Shown piece after piece: positions 55,401-64,000 of a stretch of DNA of 64,000 bases; position 1 is the stretch's first letter, and each line of letters opens with the position of its first letter. The notes under the pieces are model-generated. The model was given only the letters and a program-made list of their open reading frames with translations. It was not told the DNA's origin and did not search any database. The stretch lies in NCBI RefSeq assembly GCF_032062105.1, contig NW_026933134.1, positions 372,001 through 436,000 of the forward strand, in the 5' to 3' direction. Position numbers and translations under genes: made by a program. Source of the DNA: Saccostrea cucullata (lineage: Eukaryota).

Positions 55401-58400
55401 TCACCAAAGTCAGCATTGAAATTGAAGATGTCAATGATAATGCACCAATTTTCAACGCGTCTATTTATCATATAGCTTTGAACGAAACTAGAACGGAAGA
55501 CCTGGTACTTTTCTAAAGTCACATTGCTGGTTTTTTTTTTTTTTACCAGGAAACAATTCTTATTTTTTATTGTTATTTCTGATAGTAATTAGGGCTTAAA
55601 ATTATATAAAGGTTATTTAAATATTTGCAATTTTATTTCTTAAACTACTTGTTTTTATGATAATTCTTCACTGTACAAATTCCTTTCTAGAACAAAAAGA
55701 AAACGATCACTGTACCTCAGTTTTCTGTCGTTGATGAAGATTCCAGACAATATGGTACTAAGGGTTTACGGTTATCAATTGAAGAACCCTCTATGTGTCC
55801 AGTTTTAGTAGAGAAAGACAGGGGTAAGATTTATTTTCCATCCATAATTATTTATCATCAGTAAATTATATTGAGATTTGTTATAGTAAGTTGTTACCAA
55901 ACAATTGACTGACTAGCATTTGTTTTAAAGCTGATGACTTTACGCTGACGGTTAACCCAGGCATGGAGCTGGATTATGAAAAGAAGAAAAATTACAACTG
56001 TACATTGATAGCAAGAGATGGAGGTACGCCAAAAAGGCTGTTGTATAGGCCGAGATCATGAATTTCAATTGATGCATTATAATATATATTTTATTGTTTA
56101 AAATTCTTAAAAACAAGTTCACTTCCTTTGAACATAACTAAAATAGCGTTAATTTTCTTTCTTCGAACTGGTGAAATAGGAGGAAAATCCTCAACTGCTC
56201 TTTTGGTGATTGAACTTCTGGATGTCAATGACAACGCACCAGAATCCGATGACGTCATTCAGATAGAAATCCTTCGTTCAATCAATATCAGCCATGTTAT
56301 TGTTGACTTCATAAACGCCACTGACAAGGATAGCGGCAATAACGCTTTAATTGAATTCGGTAGGTAAATCTATACTGTATTTTACACATCGTTTTCTGAA
56401 TGTACTAGTATTTTATGTCCAAAAATACTGAATAAATCGAGATTGCATGAAGCACTACATTTCAAATATAAATTTCTCATATCAAAACTTAAAAAAATCT
56501 TTTTAAAAATTGTAAATTCAAGCACTGATCCCATATTTCTAATATTTTCAAGCTTTTGCCGACACAAGTGGTGCTTATAGCTTCTTTGCGATCAATTCCT
56601 CAAGTGGAGAAATCTCCATTGCAAAGAACTTGTCCAAGCTTCAAGTGGATTCTGCTGAGCTATACGTCATAGTCAGTGACAAAGGGAACCCGCCATTGTC
56701 AACCAATGTCACGGTTAGTTTAAATTTTTTATTTCGAAGATTGTATAGTCTTTTGCTCAAAATAATTTCATAAAAAAATCAAATGTGTTAGATTTAAATA
56801 TCTTGTAAGCACCGATTAGTGTTCGAACATGTTTTAATTTAAACATTTACAATTACTTTTTAATATTACTATTGATCTACTTTGAAATTATCATACTTTT
56901 GATTTTTAAAGCAATCTACATTTATACCTAGATTTCCGTTTCAACCAGTATACAAAATAAACTTTTAAAACTCAATTTTAGGTAAAAATAACCATAATAG
57001 ATGAAAATAGACGCCCATTTTTCAACCAGTCCGTTTATCAGGTAGAAGTGGAAGAAAACACAATATTAACAGGGTTGCTAACAACAGTGACAGCAGAGGA
57101 TTGGGAAAAGAATGAAACGAAAATATGCAACTGTACTTACAGTTTCCAGCATGGTAGGAATTTTCTCGACTCTGCTTCATGAAATATCAGTATTTTAGAA
57201 TTATGGACTAAAGTTATGCTATCTGAAATTCTAAAATCCGTAGTAGTATTTGAATGAGAATTCAACAAGTTCTTTTATAAATTCATCTGTTGCAGATGAC
57301 GATTCATCTTTTTACACCATTAAACAAAGATCAGGTGAGATATATGTAACCTCCCAGAATCTTCGATACGACAGGGAGGTTAGACCGGTGGTCAGTCTGA
57401 CCGTGGTAGCTGAGGACGAGGGAGGGAAACAAACTAGGGCAGAGGTCCGCATTAAAGTCCTGGACCAGAATGACAACGATCCCAAATTTGTGGAAGATTA
57501 TTATCAATTTGAAATATACCAGGTAAACCTATATCTATTTACCTCTGATAGCTCATCATATGTCTGATAGGAAAGATGAAATGGCAGGATTTTATTGTTT
57601 AGGTGCCATTCAATACCGGTGTTTTAAAAGGATAAGCTTGTATTTTATTATTTTGGCAGAATAAAGCGATAGGATTTTAACAGGGGCGAAGCTCCTATTT
57701 ACACGATTGTGTACATCCTGAATTAGATCAATGAAATGTGAAAATAACAAACAGAAATCAAGCTCAAAATCAAGATTCTAGAAGCGATATTAAAAATAAA
57801 ACATTCTTAAAATATCAAATCTTGACTTGCAAGACAATACTTTACCTTATTTGTTGTTTTCTGAGAGATCCTTTATAGGCCCTGTGTGCATGAAAACTAA
57901 AATGTACTTTTGATATCACTCTGCCTTTTTTATATAAAGATTATAAACACATTACAAGATAAGTGTTAAGTATTGAATAATATGTTAAAATAGGAACGCT
58001 TTCGTTTTGATTGTAGGAAGCCTTTGAAGGAACATATATAGGCAAGGTCTTGGCTGTGGACAAAGACGAAGGGGACAACGCACTTACTATGTACAGAATC
58101 ACTAATGAATCCAGTATAGGAAGCAATTACAATGATAGCGTGATTGTTATAAACGAAACAACAGGAGAGTTGTTCAGCAATGGGTCTCTGAATATTGGAT
58201 CCGTCAAAGACTTTGAAGAAATAGTAAGTAAAAGCAAGAATTCTGAATTAATTGCTACTTTAATTTGGTAGAGAAAAAAATCCTTTAAATTTTTGCCAGA
58301 TTAAATTTTTGTATGACAAAACATTTCTCGTAAATTTATATTTTTATTTTATAACTGATGTGTGGTTTACATTGTTATGTAGCGTGCATTCTTTTTCCCT

Positions 58401-61183
58401 ATAGGTAACAGTTGAAGCCTTCGATAAGAATGACTCTCTACGCACCGACAGAGTTCGAGTCTCCGTCACCATTAAATATAACGATACTAACCAGAATCCT
58501 CCGGTTTTTAATCTCTCAGACGATGGTATGTCAGTTTCATTTTGTTGCAGTAACATTTCATGGAATCGTCTACTAGTAGATAAGTACTGGATGCTACTAA
58601 CACATTTGCATAATCGTAATGTCAGCCATCAATTTCTTATAAGTTATAACGTTTTAATAAAACGAGGAAATTTTTTTTACAACAATTACTTCAAATCCAT
58701 TGTGTATAATTTATTTCGTTTAATGATTCAGCGCGCTCCAAACCTATAAATATTCCTTTGACAACAATGACGGAGGGATCACATATCTTCCAACTGACTG
58801 CAATTGACGTAGATTCTGGAAAAGATGGTCAAGTTGTCTATAGCATATTGGACGGAAATGCCTTTGTAAGAAATTAAGTTATTTAAATTAAAGTGAAGAT
58901 CAAGGACATTTTAAATCAGTTTTTCACTTAAAACAACATTTCTTTATAAAAGTATGTGTATTCGCTTTTATTCAACACATATTTTTTGTTTGTTTTATAG
59001 AACATGTTCCATATAAACAGCACAGGGGCAATTTCACTCAGAAAAAAGGTGACGTTCGTTGGTGATCAAACAATAAACCTGACTGTTCAGGCCAAAGACC
59101 AAGGCGTCAATGCAAAATCAGGGTACTAGTATTTACTCTATGTTATTTTGTGTTAATTAAACTATAAAACTAGTAAGAGTTTATAAAGTTGATGCCTTGT
59201 AATAAATTTCTTAAATATCTTACTTGAATTTTAAATAAAAAGACTTTTTGTTACAAGAAAGTCCCTTTTTTGTAGCATTGTAAGCCTACCTTTGACACTA
59301 AGAGGCGAGCCTGAGTGTGGGCTTTCTACGACTGGTGCCAGTGCGGCAGAAAAACAGTTCCAGACCTACACATGGTCGCTACTGGGTGTCACGTGTCTTC
59401 TTATTCTAACTACTGGCATTGCTATTTGTGGGTATGTCATCATGGTTTTATGTGCAATACTCCTACAATTTCTTTTTCTTGTCTAATGGGTTGAGTACAT
59501 TGTAGATTGCAATATCAAATACGGAATTGCAAATCCAATGTTTGACAATAATGCAGGGCAATACAGATAACATAATCCTGGTTTAATTAAAGCTGTCTGT
59601 ATTTAACAATGATAGTACAGAATAAATCCGTAATGGTTCAAATACTAACGTAAATGCAAATGTAGTCACACATTACCACCAATCTTCATTTAGATGGTGT
59701 CGTTCCCGCCTAAATGCCAAGAAAGCTTCAGATATTCATGACGACAGCAGTGAACAGGCCAGAATGTTTGGTCTAAAGTTAAATCCTAGTTATGGCGCGG
59801 GGCTACCACAACTAGGTAAATTCCTGGATTCAACGAACGACGTAAGTATCGGTATAATTTATATGACAAATGTGGATTGTTTCTACGCAAAATCTTGAAA
59901 TGGAAATACTATACGCTTGGATCTCTTTTGTAAGCAAGTACAGTCCAACTTAATGAGTTGTAGCGTTCTGTACCTGTTTTAATCTGCGGGTATTTTTGCT
60001 ATATTTTCTTTATATTGTCGTGTTTTATATCTTTAGAATCAGAGACGACGGTACAACTATAGAATAGGGTACGTATTAAGGACAACCTTTAATTGTTTTT
60101 ATCGAAAAATCATGGAAAATCAAATATATATTAAAATAATAAAACTATATATCCCTGTGACCTTGAAATAAAAGATACTAGCACCATACAGTCTGATACA
60201 TCTGTTTCGTATTTCGATATTTTACCAGAAAATGCGTTAATGGTAACCTAACAACAAAGTTTTATACATGAATGTGATTTATCTACCCTCTTACCTACAT
60301 GTATGCAGCATTGTCTTCTCATCACCTGCATTCGGGGTTTCAATACGCAAGAGCATGCTCTAAGTACAGTATACGAACAATTTCTAAAACGAAAAAAAAA
60401 TTATTAACAAACAAGTTAACGAAACAAGAACATCAACAATCTTCTTTACAATCATCACTGCGTACGTTTTTGAAAGGGTTAGGTGCCATAGAGAAGTAAG
60501 CTCCCCTGTCGTGTGCCCCTTGTCATGATGGAAAAAATTTGGGAAAATCGGTACACAATTCAGTGTGAAGATCGATCAATAGCCTTATAATTTGAATGTG
60601 GAGACCGGTCCTTCGGATGGGACCATATTAACCGATTTCCCGTGTCGCTGTAGGTGTTGACTCTTAAAACCTTTACTGTTCGATGGCCCCGAATGCCGTT
60701 TTTGCATGTACTATGATGTAGGTATATATTTTGCAGCCCACCAGCAGCAAGTGGTGTCTGTGTAAGAGTGAAAATTTCTCAAGAGGGACGTTAAACAAAA
60801 AATATCATCGGCCTTTTTAAATTTTTACAAAAATCTTAGTACACCAAAAGAAATCTTTATATTATCTAAACCTTAATTTTTACAGTAGATTAATAAATCC
60901 ATATTCAATGTTAATAAGTTTTTGTGTTTACGAGGGTTTTTTTTCACCTTACATTTACTTCAAAGAGTTTAGAAGATTGAATAATACACCCATGAAACGT
61001 CAAAAACTTATATTTTACAGTAGCGTGGGTTTTGAAAGCAGCACCGATGAGCCCGAGGAGTTTGACAGAAGGAGGAGTTTTAGACCTTCCATGTTTGACC
61101 CAACACCCTCTCAGGCCCCTCCCCCACTACCCAAACCTAGAAATTCAGGGGCTCCATTCATTCCTAAGCCAGATTATGAATGA
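49430..61183 (+). CDS. Long non-classical cadherin: EGF-like module, roughly a dozen cadherin repeats, single TM, short Pro-rich tail; 5' end unresolved
   Basis: More than 25 GT-AG exons, e.g. 49430-49615, 49876-49971, 50283-51442, TM exon 59276-59431, 59694-59841, 60037-60068, 61021-61183. Repeated LDRE/DYE, DxNDNxP and AxDxD calcium-binding motifs. TM WSLLGVTCLLILTTGIAICGWC. Possible upstream exons at 45405-45625, 48827-48894 and 49021-49089 could not be phased. Confidence 0.9.
60596..60800 (+). mobile_element. 5'-truncated copy of the Deu/Nin-like SINE in the last cadherin intron
   Basis: GTGGAGACCGGTCCTTCGGATGGGACC...CCCGTGTCGCTGTAGGTG...GAGGGACGTTAAACAA. Confidence 0.78.
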
Positions 61184-62762
61184 AATTACTAATTTTATTT
61201 AGTGGACCATTTTTTTTCTCTTTTCAAAGACTTATTTTCAATTCATATTTTGTCATTGTATGAATGATTTGTTTGCAACAGTTGTTTGTTGTTGCTATAT
61301 GTGAGCATGATAGTGTATACGTTTACGGGTATCAAATTGTTATATTTTCATGACCACCAGCATTGCTAGTATGCTTATCAATAATTGTACACTGGTTAGT
61401 TTTTAAATTCAAATTAAAACACTTGAATGTCATTTTGTGTTATCATTTATTTACCTAAATATAATGTGACCTAGTCATATATAGACAAATAAATTGAACA
61501 TTATGGAAATATATGAATATAAATTTGAATGTTTTCTGTTCTTATGTGATTTGAAACAGATGTGGTACAGATGTAATCACAACTACATGTAAATAAGTAA
61601 CACATACACAAGTGTATAACAGGGAGAACTCGTTCAAAAGAATGATTTTCACAGAAAAAAAAAATAGTATATACATATATACAATTTAATGCAAAAGATG
61701 TAACTAGATTGAGGTCTTACACTGTCAAAATATATACTAAAGTAGGACATACTGTAAAAAAGGTATATATTTATGTACAAATCCTCAGTTAGCTTTTGAT
61801 GTTAGACAATAATCATATCACAAATTTAAAAAAAATGCTTTTTACAAACAATGACAAAATGAGGTAGTGAAAATATAAACATGATAACTACTCCAGATCT
61901 TAAGTTACATGAAAAACTAAAAAAAAAGATTTTTGTTCCTGGGGGGTTTTGCTGTTAAAGACAGAGTAATCTTACAAATCAGTTCCAATGAATTTGTAAG
62001 CTTTCCTAGTATTCATAGTTCATGTAACCTGACAAGACGTACATGATTTGATTTGGTGTAGTTATAGCACCATTTTTGACTTTGAAAATAAATAAATGTT
62101 TTCAAAAAAACAAGTATAATTGTGTATTGCATAATGCTGGTACCCTTGGCATGTTGAAGAAAAAATATTTATAAAATTTAAATTTCTCCATCAAAGTATA
62201 AATATATTCTTCAAACATTACAGAACATTATTATAACAAAAAATAAGGCACATTTTAAAAAATATGTAACAAAAACATAGGAAGTCTCGTTTAATTTGGC
62301 ACTGATAAAAATTTTAATATATTTATTTCTATCAAACCAAAAAATTTATGACACCCATACCTATCTCTTCATTAAAAAGAAAGTCACATTTTCAAATTTT
62401 CCTAGTTTTCTATGAAGAATTATGAACCTTGATCAAATTACTTTTTTGCAAGCAAAAAGTCACTGAAAGTGTGTGAATTTTTTGTTCAATGTTTGTTGAT
62501 GGACACGTGTATATTTACAAATCCATTTTCAGCATAAAATGATATGATTCAGTATCTTAATCACATATAAAACATGAAAATTTACATAAAGTTATGAATA
62601 ATGTTTTGATAGAAAACTATACTTGGAATTTCTACTGAATCAAAAGGCACTGTCTTGGATAACAAATAGTTGTTGGATTGCAACTCTAAATTGAATGAAA
62701 TTAAACTGAACTTAAAACTGAACAAACATTATGACTTGAAGTGTTGTGCTTTTTTTCACAAC

Positions 62763-63571
62763 TTAAATAGTGGGTTCATATTCCACATTTGGATTTATTG
62801 GTGTTCTAATGTGTCTGTAAATCAAGATAAGCAACTTTAGCAGCAACAAAAGGCTTGCAACACTCTCCATGACAACCAAAAAGATGGAGTTTGTCTCCAT
62901 GGTGTCTATGTTGTAATTTTTGGAGATAGAACCAGCCAATGCCACCACAAAGACCATGTTTGGTGTGAAAGTGTACCTTGTGTATTTATCAAATACAAAA
63001 TTATCTAGGACAAACCAGAGCAAGATAACAAATGACAGAACACCCAGAATTATGGTGCAGGCCAAGGCATTATCTACACCCCCTTTATAGATCATCACCA
63101 TGGCAACATTCAAAAGTGTTGCCACAGTGGTCCAAGTAGCATATATAGCCAGCCCATTCTGAACCAGAAATCTGATCAACCAGATGTCCTTGGTGGCAAA
63201 TTGTTTGGTAAGAAGGCCAAGGTTACGATACAGCCTTGTGAAAGAGAAATACAAGCAGACATACAATGTAAGGGGTGTCAAGGCAATGACCACTAAGGAG
63301 GCGATAATCTCTTGTCTGTCCCACACAAACAGCCAGGCAACATTACTGAGGTTGTTGAAGATGTACACTACGTAGATCACCGGAGGCATGACGGGGAGTG
63401 TGTAGATGTAGTTACCCTGCGAAGTCTTACGACAAATTGTAGATAAGGCATACACCAGCCATAGAGCTTGCCAGGTATATATAACGCCCCAGATGCTGAA
63501 TGTCCACCCAGCTGGTGTTATCTGGAGGTTGAAGACATCTGAGATATCTCCAGTGCTGTTTTTGAATATGC
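62763..63571 (-). CDS. Last coding exon of a multi-pass membrane protein (TspO/MBR-related uncharacterised family); 5' part lies outside the window
   Basis: Acceptor TTTTCCAG ending at 63572, then about 269 codons with ~7 hydrophobic segments and motifs ITPAGWTFSIWGVIY, NVAWLFVW and GLAIYATWTTVATLLN. Confidence 0.85.
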
Positions 63572-64000
63572 CTGGAAAATGGAAAAGAAAATAAAGGTTA
63601 TTTGGCACTTGCATGTTATTGCATTACTGGTACCTTGCAAAAAAGTAATTTAGGGGCTAAACTTTATATTTACTTATAAGTTATGTAAAATATACAAGTA
63701 ATTTTAAAAGAAAATTATTTTAATGAATATTATGCTGCATCTTGGATGAAAATCACTGAATACTGTAAATCATCATTTATTTAAAATGTATCACTTCATT
63801 ATTTAGTTTAAATTCCATGAGAGACTGTAAATTAAAGTGACTTAAGAAAATTTCTTCATAAATAATTAATTTTACTTTTTAAAAGCCACATTTATGCAAG
63901 TGAAACAAAGTTGCAAAGTTAATTTTCCGGATATTTCTCAGAAGGAAATTAAAGTTAATTAACAGTCTTACCTTTATATTTATTTTAGAATCTATTGGCT

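Noticed and set aside
59506-59560. Extra cadherin exon after the TM exon
   Set aside because: It hits a stop in the required phase, whereas 59431 joins 59694 cleanly in frame.

Overview
AT-rich, intron-rich animal genomic DNA. It is most likely an oyster or related bivalve, inferred from Cg170-like ~166-bp repeats inside HINE/Helentron-type elements, a Deu/Nin-type SINE and RING-less B-box/NHL genes. Genes in order, all read by hand: 3' end of an unknown gene (+); 12-exon mitochondrial-type SHMT (-); a head-to-head pair of intronless paralogous B-box/coiled-coil/NHL genes 286 bp apart; an 11-exon SLC3 heavy chain (-); a small orphan coiled-coil gene (+); two tandem 6-exon sterol-desaturase/FA-hydroxylase paralogs (+); a repeat-rich interval with a mariner fossil; a long cadherin (+); and the last exon of a multi-pass membrane protein (-). 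Most interesting: (1) a 45-bp minisatellite built from a desaturase intron/exon junction, giving about 11 competing splice acceptors across an open reading frame; (2) the second desaturase is intact but lacks 3 of 9 di-iron histidines; (3) the divergent B-box/NHL pair; (4) a 33-bp perfect palindrome with a target-site duplication just upstream of SHMT; (5) a cadherin with an N-terminal EGF-like module and a terminal PxxDY motif. No database searches were run.
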